A DNA stretch of 64,000 bases from Eledone cirrhosa. Its lineage: Eukaryota. The notes under the pieces were generated by a model. The model did not search any database. It saw only the letters and a program-made list of their open reading frames with translations, and was not told the origin of the DNA. Positions 41,801 through 54,215 of the stretch are shown here, one piece after another (position 1 is the stretch's first letter; every line of letters begins with the position of its first letter). Position numbers and translations under genes: made by a program. The stretch spans positions 320,416,001-320,480,000 of the forward strand of contig OZ024740.1 in assembly GCA_964016885.1 (NCBI GenBank), read 5' to 3'.

Positions 41801-42250
41801 CCAGCGTGCATATAAGATCCCGTTCCAGTCGCCCACTAACACTAAAGAGCGGGACGTTCCAAGAAAGGTCTCCAGACGCCGGAAGAAATCAGGCCGCCCT
41901 GCTCCTGTCGGGGCATAGACGGCCACTAACCTGAAAGCTTGCCCGTCTCCGTTGGTCACGTCCAGCACCACCAACTTACCTTCTGGGTCCAGGAAGATGG
42001 CCCGTATGGCAAGATCCAAACCTCTCCGAAAAAGCACACCAACTCCTCCCCCCGATCCCGGACGGCTGGGAGATGCGTACACATCGTAGCTGCCGAAGAT
42101 CGGTGCGAAGGCCCGTGCCTCGGAGATTCTGGTCTCGCTGATGGCCACTACATCTATGTTTAGTGACCTGAGGTCGTTGAGCAGGTGGCCCTGCTTCCAT
42201 GACGACCCCAAGCCACGCGCATTTATGCTGCCTATTCTGAGTGAGGTAAT
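38864..42250 (-). pseudogene. Tx1 ORF2 (APE endonuclease, RT, zf-RVT), frameshifted
   Basis: Motifs AISET, VAVYAP, VGDWN, LDRV, YTDH, KSPGLDGLP, FRPITLLN, LDQSKAFDRV, QGCPLS, AYADD and CPRC..ETVLHALVQC are spread across ORFs 40010-42211, 39865-40338 and 38864-39922. Confidence 0.93.
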
Positions 42251-42284
42251 GTTGAAATGGAGTGGAAAAGATGGGAAAGACCAC

Positions 42285-44106
42285 TTACCTTACTTCTCGT
42301 AGAGGAAGGACGGTTTCTCCATCCTTTTCACTGCTTGTGGCCTCCTCGGGATGGATGTCCTTATAAATCCTCCTGGAGAGTGTTTGTCGGAAGTCTCCGA
42401 TGTCTTTGGGGAATTTTTGTTTTAGTGTCGTGTACGTTTTCTGTGTGATGCGAGTGATTTGTATATGTGGAGGTGGTGTGAACTTTGGGGTTGTTGTGTA
42501 GTCTTTTTCTGTGATGCTGGTGTTGTGTTGGATGTAGTGTAATAATTGGTTGTTGTTCAAATTTAATTGTTTCTACTTTTGGCACAATGCCAGCAATTAT
42601 CCAGTGCATTACTGGTACTTTATTTTATCGACCCCGTAAGGATGAAAGGCAAAGTTAACCTCGGCGGGATTTGAACTCAAACTATAAAGGGGCGTAACTC
42701 TTTGCTGCAAAGCATAGCGTCAGACCCTCTACCGATACTGCCAATCCACCGCCCTTGTTGTTCAAATTTAATGCTGTGTAGTGTGTATCGTTTTGGTTGT
42801 TTTGTTTTGTTTGCGTTTGTTGTGGGTTTGTTTCTGTTTCGCTTTTTGGTGACTTTTGTGGTGTTGGTGATGGTGGTGTTGGGGTTAATGATGGTGATGG
42901 TGTTGGTGTTTGTGGTGATGAGGTTGGTGATGCTGGTGTGGATGGTGGCATATCTGTCCTAACTTTTTTGTTTGATAGTTTATTTGTTTCCCTCTGTATT
43001 TTGTTTTGGGAGGGGGAGGGAAGAGAATTTGTTTCTATTTTGGTTTCTTTTTTCTATTTTTTTCTATTTTTTTCTGCTACAGTTGTTGCTGCCATCTCTG
43101 CTGCTGGTGGTGTTGATGGTTGAATCACTGGGGTGGATAGGAGAGGTGGCCTCAACCTTTTAGCCTGAGGGCAGAAAGACCTTAGGTGGGTTCCTTCACC
43201 ACAAACGACACACCTAGGCTTTCTGCCCTCGACAATTACGGTGAGGTGGCTGCCATCAGTGAGGTCTATTACCTCTGGGATCTCCTCAATTCTTTTTGGC
43301 CCGCTTGGATCAGGAGCTCCATACCAGATCCGGACCAGTTCTCCTGCTTTTCTTTCGCTATTTCGATTATCTTGGTGTTGGCTTCGATGCCGGCGAGGAC
43401 GGCAGCTATTAGCCAGGGAATTTCGATGGCCGGTGGAACGTGGGTCACCCTGATCTTCACGAGTCTCTGGCCACAATAGCTTGGGACGAGTGTGAAGTCG
43501 TCACTTCTTAATGGGGCCATGGAGTGTTCTCTGGCCTCCTGTGGTGTTCCAAAGAACACGTCCACGGTTCCATATTTCTGCCCATGTCTAATGTGGGTAT
43601 TTTTTGCCCACACATGTCCCAAAGCTTTTTGGATTTGGGACTCGGATGCTCGTTCCACTCGACGCGATCTTATGTTAATCGTCCGATAAGACAGGGTGTA
43701 TAGGCGCCGATGCTCCATTTTATTAGGTGGGGGTGAGGCTGACCCTGTACCCATCTTTCTTTACCATTCTCTTGGCTTCATCTAATTCCTCCTGAGTTAC
43801 CTGGATTGCTTCGCACTTTTTTGCTACTCTGGCAAAAGACAGGGTGGTTTTCTTATTCTCGTTGTTGTTGTTGTTGCTGTTGTTGTTATCGTTATTTTTG
43901 TTATTGTTATTTTTAGTTTCAGTTGTGGTGGAGGTGGCGTCAGTGGTGTTCGGTGTGGAAGAGTCCATTCTGGGTGAATCCATTTCGATGTCACGAGATA
44001 TTTTTTTTTCTTTTGTTTCTGTTGTCGCTGTGGTGGTGGTGGGGGTGGCGGCTTCAACACCTGCAGTCATTGGTAATGGCGGGAAATGAATGTCTGCATG
44101 AGACAA
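42285..44106 (-). pseudogene. Tx1 ORF1 (gag-like, CCHC knuckle), frameshifted and interrupted by a SINE
   Basis: SFARVA, VEGRKPRCVVCGEGTHLRSFCP and the C-terminal LKQKFP..GDFR are shared with copy B. Confidence 0.85.
42565..42754 (-). mobile_element. Full-length SINE inside Tx1 copy A with an 18-bp target site duplication
   Basis: TTGTTGTTCAAATTTAAT occurs at 42550-42567 and again at 42755-42772. Confidence 0.92.
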
Positions 44107-44429
44107 ATTTAAATTATTGCTACTGCTTATATTTTTAGTGTTGGCAAACGTAGAAATATATACAATGGTGGTGTCGGTGTTAGTTTGTGACGAAGGTGTG
44201 ACTGTGAATCGTCCATGATTATTTCAAAGAAATTTTTGTTTGATAATTATAAAAGTTTAAATTTTGGGCTCAAGGCCCCAATCTTTTTGAGCGTCCTTTT
44301 CAGAAAACAATGGATGTGCACTTATATACAGTTAACAATTAAAATTTTCTATAAATGGCAATTTTAAACAACTGAAAACAACAAACCTTTGCGGATCTCA
44401 CGATAATACGATTTCCTACGTAGGTCGCC

Positions 44430-44470
<41 letters not shown>

Positions 44471-44471
<1 letters not shown>

Positions 44472-47400
44472 TTCTTTATTGGCCACAAGGGCTGACACGA
44501 AGAAAAACATTAGAGACGGTACAGAACAGTACAGGACGATGCAAAGTGGGTTTTGGTCGTGTAAACAGGTTTTAACAAAATTGTTCAAAAGTTCAAACAA
44601 CAAAAATTCCCCAAAAAGGGGGAAAACTCCGAGGGTCACTCGTGGCGAAAACCACACAAAAAGGCCACGGTCACCCTGACCACCAGGGCAAGCGCCCTCT
44701 CTCAGTTTTCCCACTCCTCAGTCTACAGGCGCATACTCACAGCGGGCCCGTTCACTCGGACTAGACTCGCCACTTTCACCCACCTTTCAAGAAACTTACT
44801 AGAAGACAGCACTTGCCTCTCCACCCTGATTTTCCTCTTCAAGTGAAACTTGAAAAAGTTAATCAGGGATTGGCCGAAGGGAAAAAGTGTCCGTCTTCAA
44901 CCCATTCAATCTTGTCCACCACACAATCTCTTTCGCCATGGCCACCAGGCAGATGAAAACTGCCTGCCTTTCTTCCTCTTTAAAGGAGGATGGCGGGGCT
45001 ATCTGCACAATGGATTCAGTCAATAACCTGATCCGTCCTACATGCGACAGCAGCTGTTCGACATAGCTCCACAAGTCAGCAATCCTCGGGCACTGAACGA
45101 GTGCGTGCAGGACGGTTTCATCGCCCTGCGCGCATCTCGGACAGGCTCGGCTGACAGCACCTCCGTGCCTGTAGAGCTTATCCCGAACCGGCAACGCTCC
45201 CTGGTAGCACTGCCAGGCCAGGGATTTCTGGAAGTTGTCCATAGGCCCCAGTCTGAAAGTTCTCTTGAAGAGAGCGAACAGCTGGTCGTCTTCGACGCCC
45301 AGGGACTCCCCGAGTATGTCGTCGATCTTTCCCTCCACTAGCTCTCTATAGAACGCCGAGTTGGTTGTTCCACCGATACTAGTGCCCAGCTGGTAGAGGG
45401 CGGTGAGAGCTTGGAGACATTCCAGCTTCCAAGCGCTATCCCTCGGCCTTTTCCTGATCCAGGACTGCAGCTCCGTCAAGGAGACGAGCTGTGGAAAAGT
45501 GCGTCTGGCAAACGGCACCACACCTATTCACCGTCAAGGAAGCACCAGAGATGTCGCAGCCTCACCGCATGTTTGCGCATCATCAGCCACGGCATGCCTA
45601 GTCCTCCACGCAACGGGTGTTGACAGCAAATGGGTCGTCTGACCATGGAAGCACATCCCTTCCACAAAAAGCGGAAGAGAAGACGCTCCATTTTGGTCAG
45701 AATTAGGCGGGGGCAAGATACGACGGTCAGAAGGTAGCAGATGACGGACGCTATGTACCCATTCGCCACCTCCGCCCGACCTTTCAGAGACAGCCTCCTC
45801 TCGGCCCATTTCTAGGCGAGAGAGGCCACCCTGCTCGTCACCTCGCTCCAGTTTTTCTCCATCTGGAGGTCCGGACCGAACCAGACCACGAGCGATTTAA
45901 CCGGTCCTTCCGTCCAGCGCCCCACGACGCTGTCGGACGACATGGACTTGCCTCTCCAGGAGCAGAGTTGCAAGTCCACCGACTTTTCCTAGTTTATCTT
46001 TGCCCCTGCCACCGCTTCGTATTCCTTGAGAGCGGTGCCGAGCATCTGGACGTGTTTGGCAGCGCCACCGCTCCCCGGCTCACAAAACTGGGAATGCTCC
46101 CCTTTTGCTACCAGTTGCAGTAGAGATCTGCGAAGAGGTCGCCGAACAGTCTGTCATATACGCATAAAGCTCGTAGGGTAGACCATCCAAACCTGGCGAT
46201 TTACCCCTCGTGCAATCAAACATCGCTTCCCGTATTTCATTGGCTGTTATCGGCTTTTCGCAGCACTGCGCTGCGGTCGTCGAGAGACGCGGCAGTCCGT
46301 CGATGTATGCGCCGAAGTCCATACTCCGATCTGGCCCGCCGCCGCTCCCGAACAATTGAGCAAAGTGCTGTTGAAAAGCCGCACACATCTGCTCGGTTTC
46401 GAGCAACGTGCGCCCGTTTTGATCAGGCAAAGACCGAATTGTGGACTTGTTGCCACGTAGCGACTCCACCACCCTGGCTCATTGAACGGCTTTCGTCCCC
46501 TCGTGTCTTAGAGCACGCGCTCTAGCTCTGACAACGCAGCCTTCATGCTTTGCATTGAAGAATTGGTCGAGTGCCAATCTCGCTGCAAGCACGTCGGTTG
46601 CGATGCTTGTCCTAAACGCCTCTTCTAACTTTCTAACTAACTCTCCCTCTACTCTATTTTCCTCTATCACTACTCCTTTGCTAAACCTTATCGATTCTAC
46701 TCTAATAGCCCTTTTCAGGGTAAAACACCACCTGTTGTTGACGATCACATCCGTCAACGCAAGCTTAACTAATTCGCTAATCCGGTCTCTGTAAACTTTG
46801 CGCGCCGGGAACGACGCGTTCTGGTTTAGATAGCCGGGGCCTTGCCTATGGAGTCTATCTAAGTCAACTTCACAGATCACAAATTTGTGTTCCGTGTAGT
46901 CAACTACTTTAAATTGTGGACAACCTACACTAGTCTTATCTGTTTCCCTACAGAATACCCTATCTAAATTCGATTTGGATGATCCGATGCGGTTTGTCCA
47001 TGTCCACATTGGCACATTCGGATAATCCAGTCTATACCTGTCAGACAGTTCAAAACGTCTGAGCAGGTTGTTGAGGCTTTTACACCCTCCTGCCCTGTCT
47101 ACTAGCCCGTCATAATCCCAGCATGCATCTAAGATACCGTTCCAGTCGCCCACTAACACTAAAGAGCGGGACGTTCCAAGAAAGGTCTCTAGACGGCTGA
47201 AGAAATCTGGCCGTCCTGCCCCAGTTGGGGCGTAGACGGCTACTAGCCTGAAAGCATTGCCTTCGCTGCCGGTTACGTCCACCACCACCGACTTACCTTC
47301 TGGGTCAAGGAAGATGATCCGTATGGCGAGATCCAAGCCTCTCCGAAAAAGCACTGCCACCCCTCCCCCCGATCCTGGACGGCTGGGAGATGCGTATACA

Positions 47401-49736
47401 TCGTAGCCGCCGAAGATCGGTGCGAAGGCTCGTGCTTCGGAGATTCTGGTCTCGCTGATGGCCACCACATCTATGTTTAGTGACCTGAGATCGTTAAGCA
47501 GGTGACCCTGCTTCCAAGATGACCCCGGGCCACGTACATTTATACTGCCTATTCTAAGTACGGCCATGTTGGATGAGAAACGGAGCAAGTGAGAAAGGGT
47601 CACTTACCTTGATCGTGTGGTGAAGGGACAGTAGAACCGTCCCTTTGTCTGGTCATGGGTGTTTCCAAGAGGATGTCAGTGTATACCCTCTTGGTAACCG
47701 ACCCCTGAAGTCTCCAACTGCGCTTGGGAATTTTTGCTTTAAAAGTTTGTACTGTTCTATTTTGATTTCAATGATGCTTATGTTTGTCGAGAGACTTCTT
47801 GGTGTTGGTGGGGTGTAGTAGTTTTTTTCTGTGATGTCTGTGTACTTTTTGGGGGAGGGGTGATGTTGTTGCTGTTGGGTGTGTGTGTTTTGTTGTGTTT
47901 GCGATGTTGGTGTTTTTGGTGATGTTGGTGGTGGTGGTGGTTGTTGTTGGTGGTGATGCTTGTGGTGGTGATGGTGATGGTGGTGGTGTTGCTGCAAGTC
48001 TCCTTGCAGCCTTTACTCCTCTTTGTCTGCCTTCACTTTTGGAGGGTGAAGCTAAGGGGTTTTTCCTCTTTTGTTTTTTGTGGCAGACCGTTTGCCACTT
48101 CCCTCCCGCCTCATATTCCATGTCAGATTCCGTGGCGTCTGGGAGGGGTATGAGCTCCACTGCTGTTGGTGGTGGTGGTAGTGGAGCCCGCGCCGGCGAT
48201 TTTACCGCCGGTGTGGCTACTGCGACTGTTGGTGTTGCCGCCACTGCTGCCGCTGCTTTAGTTGTCCGTGTCCTTGGTATGGGTTCCACGGACGTTGCTC
48301 TCCTACTCACCATGGAAGGGTCTTCTGCCTCTGTTGCCTGCCCTGCTCTTGGTAGTATCGGATCAGGCGTCGGAAGGAGGGACGCCCTCTTCTTGGCTGT
48401 CTTCTGCGGGCAGAAGGCTCTGAGGTGACCCTTCTGTCCACAGAGATAGCACTTTGGGCGCCTGCCTTCTACGCTTATAGGGAGTTTGAGCCTTCTTCGA
48501 GGTCTATGATGTCTGGGATGGCCTCGATGCACTCCTGGTCAGTCTGTATTAGCATTTGCATGCCTATTCCTGACCAGTTCTCTCTTCCCATTCTCTGTAT
48601 TTTCAGTATGGAAGTCTTCTCCTCGATTCCAGCCAGTACAGACGCGGCCAGCCAAGGTATGGGCACGTCAGGCGGGACCTGGGTCACTTTGATCCTCACA
48701 ATTTTCTGCCCGCAGTAGGAGGGCACTAAGACTATCTCCTCACTCTTTAGGGTTTCCAAAGAGTGAGACTTCGCCTCTTGGGGGGTGGCGAAAAGTACGT
48801 CTACTGTGGCGTACTTTTTGCCTCGGGTGATGTGGGTTTTGCGCGCCCAGACGCACCCCAAGGCCTTTGGGATTTGAGCCTCCATGGCTCTCTCCACCCG
48901 ATGTGACATTTTGCTTACGGTGCGGTAAGTTACCGTGCGCAGCTGCTGGTCTTTGAAGAAATCGGGTGGAGGTTTCAGGGAAACTCTATTGTTGTTTCTC
49001 AACACCATGGCTCTTGCGATTGCCATCTCCTCCTCCGTGACTAGCACTGTCTCTATATTTCGGGCCACACCTGCGAAAGAAGTGGCCCCTTTTTCAGCGG
49101 CACCATTATCGCTGCCGCTACTGCTGCAACTGGTCTTGTTGTTGGTGCTGTTGCTGTTGCTGCTGCTACAAACGGTGTTGTTGCTGTTATCACTGTTGTA
49201 GTTGGTTGTGTTTTTGGTGCCACCGTTGTTGTTGTTTTAGGTGCAATTTGTATTGTTGCTGTTGGTGTAGTCGTTCTTTATTTTCTTGTTAGTGGTGTTA
49301 ATATCGTTGTTGCATTTGTTGTCATTTTTTTCTGTTGTCTGTATTTTGGTTGTCACTGTTATTGTTGTAGTTGGTGTGGTAATTTTTTCAAAATTAGTGT
49401 TCTCAGTATTGTTTTCTTTGATCACGTTGTTTGTGGTGGTGTCACTAACCCTCCTCTCAACTTTTACACCGTTGTCAGACGACAGCAGACATATTGTTGG
49501 GGGGGGGGGGGGGGGGCTCAGCCAGCCATGTTTTTTGTTTTTTTTAAACAATTTTTTTTTAAAGTAAAATGTTAAAATATTTGGGCCAAAAGGCCCAAAT
49601 ATTATACTTTTCCCTCACAGGGAAAAGTCTAAGGGCTTATATCCCTTACACAACAAGAAATATTTAACAACAAATAATTTTAACAGGCAAATAAAGCGAC
49701 TTACTGGGAGCGAGCAAAAAGCGTCCGAACAGACCG
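44471..49736 (-). mobile_element. L1-Tx1-like LINE copy B (different subfamily) with an internal RT deletion
   Basis: ORF1 spans about 47604-49529 (VEGRRPKCYLCGQKGHLRAFCP) and ORF2 spans 44723-47567. (TAA)n lies at 44431-44470 and 49737-49756. Confidence 0.93.
44723..47567 (-). pseudogene. Tx1 ORF2 copy B
   Basis: Starts MAVLRIGSINVRG and has the APE motifs. About 570 bp of RT core (FRPI to YADD) is missing at about 46060 relative to copy A. Confidence 0.9.
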
Positions 49737-49756
49737 ATAATAATAATAATAATAAT

Positions 49757-50003
49757 CAAGGTTGTCCCGACTGTCATAGGCGCACTAGGTACTATCTCAA
49801 AGAGTTTCCAATGATGGTTAAAGAAGATTAGTCCAGCCCCGCTTTTTGGAACACTTCATGCCTGCTGGGAACAGCAAGAACCCTCCGATACGTCCTGAAT
49901 GTCTGAGGCTGCAGGTAGCGGCTTGATATTCATTTCAACAAACTTTCCAATTAAATAATATCAATGACTGAGACTCAAAGAACAATAATAACAACAACAT
50001 TAA
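49757..50003 (+). mobile_element. R4/Dong-like 3' end
   Basis: Homologous to 4808-5065 (GAACAGCAAGAACCCTCCGATACGTCCTGAAT), with (TAA)n-like flanks. Confidence 0.88.
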
Positions 50004-51179
50004 TAAAGATGCTGATGTTACATAAATCGTTTATTCATTATAATTATTTCAACGGTTCTCCCATGCAATCAAGATGTAATTCATGTATTTGTTGTTGCTA
50101 TGAGAACGGTATCCTCAGACGAAATTCGATTTTGTGATATGCCACAAGCAGGAAAAAATACACGTCCTTTTGCTCGTGCGTCCAGCAGACATATGAGTTC
50201 CTGAAAGGGTCTCCCAGCCGTCTTGTTTACTGGAGTAAAGTGCTATCTACGTGTCAATTAACGAAATCAGGATTCACGCACACATACCCCTCCCCCACGG
50301 ATTTGGGGTCGTAAATCAACAAGTATGTTGTGTTGATCTGTATCAGACGATAGTCTATGCGTAGCCAGAATACAGCAGATAGTGGAAGCAATAAACGGAA
50401 CTCTGAGGGAGGGTGAGGTATATAGTTTGTTGACAGCTACATTCAAGACAACAGCTACAACAACAACGACAGCAACAACAACAAAAGCGGCAACAACAGC
50501 AACACCGCCCCATCGGCCACACAGGTCGTCGCAGTAATAGTGATATTAGTACCCAGCTAATGGCAGCGAGCACATCTCTACCCGAGAGCCAGGCATCGGC
50601 AACACTACCAACAACAACAACAATAACAACACCATTAATGAACACATCGCGGTGACGACGGCAACAAAAAAGGCCTGGTGGTGCCGGTCGCTGTAAATAA
50701 ATTCTTACATTAATAACAGTGCTAACATAATAATCATAGCAATCATCGCTTCCACCCTATGGCACAAGGCCAGCAATAATCACAGTGCAGAATGATAATT
50801 AACCACAATAGTAGTCAGTTGTACATTGGTATTAATACTAACAATAGTGGCAACCATGTCCGACAAAAAAGGATTGCTAGACTGTGGAAGTGAGCTGTAG
50901 GAAGCGAATATACGAACAAAAAAACCTACAGATATAAATGCAGGTACACATATAGAGAACACAGGAACAAACGGAACAAAGATTATACATAAATACATAA
51001 ATACAAAAGCAGATATACATACGGAGAACAAGGAACAAGGAATAAATGGATATAAAACACGGATCCTCATGTCACGATCATAAGATCCAATGCGTGCATA
51101 ACAAAATGGTGGTAGAGTGATTAGGAGCGGATGCACACAAGTTACCCAGGGTTCGCCTGTTACTTTACCTATTCATATA

Positions 51180-51306
51180 ATTGTTTTACGATCGTTTCGG
51201 AGGATCGATCATATTGACATATTGTCTGATCTATAACAGTTATATACCTGTATATTATCAGACCTGATATATGGGTTCGATCTAGCCGTCTTCTTTGGAA
51301 ACAATG
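51180..51306 (-). ncRNA. Decayed long-stem-II hammerhead
   Basis: ATTGTTT-CCAAAGA-[long]-GAAAC-GATC-GTA-AAACAAT. The core is mutated and the stems match those at 37599. Confidence 0.55.
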
Positions 51307-51376
51307 AAGTTGGAATCTTTATTGGTAGTATATAAACAAGGCAGATATAAAAATAGATATACCACTGAAAAAAAAA

Positions 51377-51414
<38 letters not shown>

Positions 51415-52110
51415 ACATGTGTGTGCGCGCGTGTGTGCGTGTGTGTGTGTGTACATATATATATATATGTGTGTGTGTGTACATATATATATATATGTGT
51501 GTGTGTGTGTATGTGTGTGTGTGTGTGTATTTTTTGCTAGTGTGGTAAATGGACGTTAAACGATAATGAGGAAGATGATGATGATTCCCCCTTCTCTTTT
51601 ACGTCTTTTTCTTGGCTAATCAATAAGTTGAGCATCGTCAATATCTCTTCTTTTCAGTTGCAGCACATGGGTTTATAGCCTAATTTCTCTTATTTGTAAT
51701 AAGTCAAACGACTATCGTCTTGTATTTTGTCCATTTGTTACTGTCCCTTGTGTACTAGAGCCAGTTGTCTCGATCTTAAGCACTGAAACCGAGTATTTCT
51801 AGCGATCGACTGATAACAAGGGACAGTCTGTGTTTCATTCGTTTCCCTGTATTCGCCACATGCGCCGATTATGCATTGTTGCATAATATATGCAGACAGA
51901 GGGGGCAGTGCACCCTACTGCTGCATAAAGTGTCACCGAAACTCGAATCCGGGAACTACTATAGGCACCCATTTACGTGTGTTGTATTGAAGCGAATAAC
52001 TATGTGTATACTCTAGGAATGTATTCTACATTACTTATTGAGTACGTTGAGATACAACCGGTCTTGGCATTGATAAATATGCTGGGTCCTCTTATTATAT
52101 ATATATATAT

Positions 52111-52694
52111 ATATTGTTATACTTTGGGAGGGTCATGTTGCCAATAAGAAACACACGCACCAGTTGCTTTCACTTCAATTTATTATAATAAATTTATAAA
52201 TTTAGGAATTTATAAATTTCCGGTTGGTTGGTTGGTTCCACAACCAGATGATTGTTTATATATATTGTCAAAGTTCTTTCGTCACACATTCTGTGATCTC
52301 TTCAGTGACTGGCGATTCTTTTCTTTGTTTTTGTGCCTCTCCTTTGTTCTGTCCTACGCCATCTTGTTTTTGTGACACACAAAAAACAAGATGGCGTAGG
52401 ACAGAACAAAGGAGAGGCACAAAAACAAAGAAAAGAATCGCCAGTCACTGAAGAGATCACAGAATGTGTGACGAAAGAACTTTGACAATATATATAAACA
52501 ATCATCTGGTTGTGGAACCAACCAACCAACCGGAAATTTATAAATTCCTAAATTTATAAATTTATTATAATAAATTGAAGTGAAAGCAACTGGTGCGTGT
52601 GTTTCTTATTGGCAACATGACCCTCCCAAAGTATAACAATATCGGTTTCAACACACGTTTTCAGATAAAGAATCTTGCTAAACAAATTCAGAAA

Positions 52695-52697
<3 letters not shown>
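52111..52697. mobile_element. Essentially perfect palindrome (arms about 265 bp) with two hammerheads, in (TA)n
   Basis: Apex at about 52376. Hammerheads at 52444-52486 (+) and 52267-52309 (-). The right arm extends about 55 nt further. Confidence 0.9.
52444..52486 (+). ncRNA. Minimal hammerhead ribozyme
   Basis: GTCA-CTGAAGA-GaTCAC-agaatgt-GTGAC-GAAAG-AA-CTT-TGAC. Confidence 0.78.
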
Positions 52698-52768
<71 letters not shown>

Positions 52769-52863
52769 GTAGAACACTGGAAGGTAATATCCGTAGTGGT
52801 AGAGCACTCAGTCCATGGGACGAGTTAGGTAGAAGTGGTTACACAACAGTTAATTCACCATAC

Positions 52864-52901
52864 CGAGAACAATTGTTTCACCTTAGCGGATCCTCAGCTC
52901 G
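52864..52901 (-). ncRNA. Minimal hammerhead in short element 52765-52905
   Basis: CGAG-CTGAGGA-TCCgctaaGGT-GAAA-CAATTG-TT-CTCG. Confidence 0.75.
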
Positions 52902-53109
52902 TAATATATATGTATGTATATATATGTATTCATTAGTTAAGCAAAACAAGACCACAAATTTTACAAGGAAGACGTTATTTAAAGAGTTTCAACATAGTTG
53001 CAGTTTAATGTAAGGAATAAGGAGTGTAATTATAGTTTAATGTAAGGAATAATAATAATAATAATAATGATTTCTTTATTTATTTTTTTATATTTTTTTT
53101 TTTATATCC

Positions 53110-53228
53110 GTTTACAATTGTTTCGCTACTCCATATAATGTTTCTGGATCAAATGATTATAGATCATTATTGATCTGGTGCAGATGAAGATAATTAACTT
53201 AGGTAAAAATGGAGCAGCTCTTCAGAAC
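53110..53228 (-). ncRNA. Hammerhead with extended stem II
   Basis: GTT-CTGAAGA-GCTGCTCCAT..ATGGAGTAGC-GAAAC-AATT-GTA-AAC. Confidence 0.75.
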
Positions 53229-54034
53229 TTCAAAAGAGATAATGAAAATAAGGATAAAGGTACGGTGGAATAAGGAATATAAAGTAGGGTAAAAAAAAGA
53301 TGGGTACATGAATGCAATGTTCCATATATTGGTATTTCACGACGGTGTCCTGGGTCTATCTATTGTCTGCTATAGGCAAGCATTATTATTCTGCCTATGC
53401 GTAACAAGATGGCCACCTAAGGACATATTTACCTTACTAATTAGAGACGGGTTTCAAGGGAAGTAACTCCTTGAGAATTTAGAAATTGTAGGTGATTTAT
53501 AGCTAAGAAGTGCTAATGAGCTTAAGTGAGAGACAGTGTAGGGGAGGTAACTTGTAATTATCTAAGTGTGGGTTAAATATTTAACATGTTAGCTATAAGT
53601 AAAAGTGAGATTAGATGACTATGTTGGGTCGAATATTCTGTTGGCGAAGGAATTTACCCTTCGATGTTGACAGCTAATAGTTATCTCGTTTCTATCGTTA
53701 ATCGGTAGAGGTTATGATAGAGTTATGTAATAGGCCTCGGTAAGACAGAGATCACAAGAGTTTCTTCGTCCATATATATATATATATACACACACACAAA
53801 CACATGCCTACGCACGTGCTCAAGTATAGCTCTTTTTACAAAACGTTTTTTTTTTCCACTTCAGGTAGATGCGCTCCATCATCCACTTTTCTAAAAAATA
53901 AATCATACACAACACGCCAGCACCAACAGTTTTGCAAGAGATCTCAACATGAATGGACCTGTTATTTTTATCTAAAGACATTTTTTCCAATTCCATCCCG
54001 CCCGTCCCCTCAATCTATCTTATTTCTCATTCTT

Positions 54035-54070
54035 TCTTCTGATGAAAGACTAGCGTCCGAAACGTTAAGA
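54035..54070 (+). ncRNA. Ultra-minimal hammerhead (36 nt, loopless stem III)
   Basis: TCTT-CTGATGA-aaGAC-tagc-GTCc-GAAAC-GTT-AAGA. Confidence 0.78.
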
Positions 54071-54155
54071 CCCTCTTCCTGCTATATCAAGCGTTAACCT
54101 AATATATCCCTTCCATATACTGTACCGATTGTGTTGTTATTTCTGTTTGCCTTTT

Positions 54156-54211
<56 letters not shown>

Positions 54212-54215
<4 letters not shown>

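Larger units (their letters stand above)
38619..44430 (-). mobile_element. L1-Tx1-like LINE copy A, near full length but inactivated
   Basis: Contains ORF1 and ORF2 (APE, RT, C-terminal zinc finger), a 3' AATAAA and an (ATT)n tail at 38538-38618. Confidence 0.93.

Noticed and set aside
52224-52529. Twin 75-aa ORFs on opposite strands
   Set aside because: They are a by-product of the palindrome.
53051-53080. (TAA)n plus TGATTTCTTTATT as an extremely truncated Tx1 3' end
   Set aside because: The match is only about 13 nt of AT-rich sequence, too short to support.
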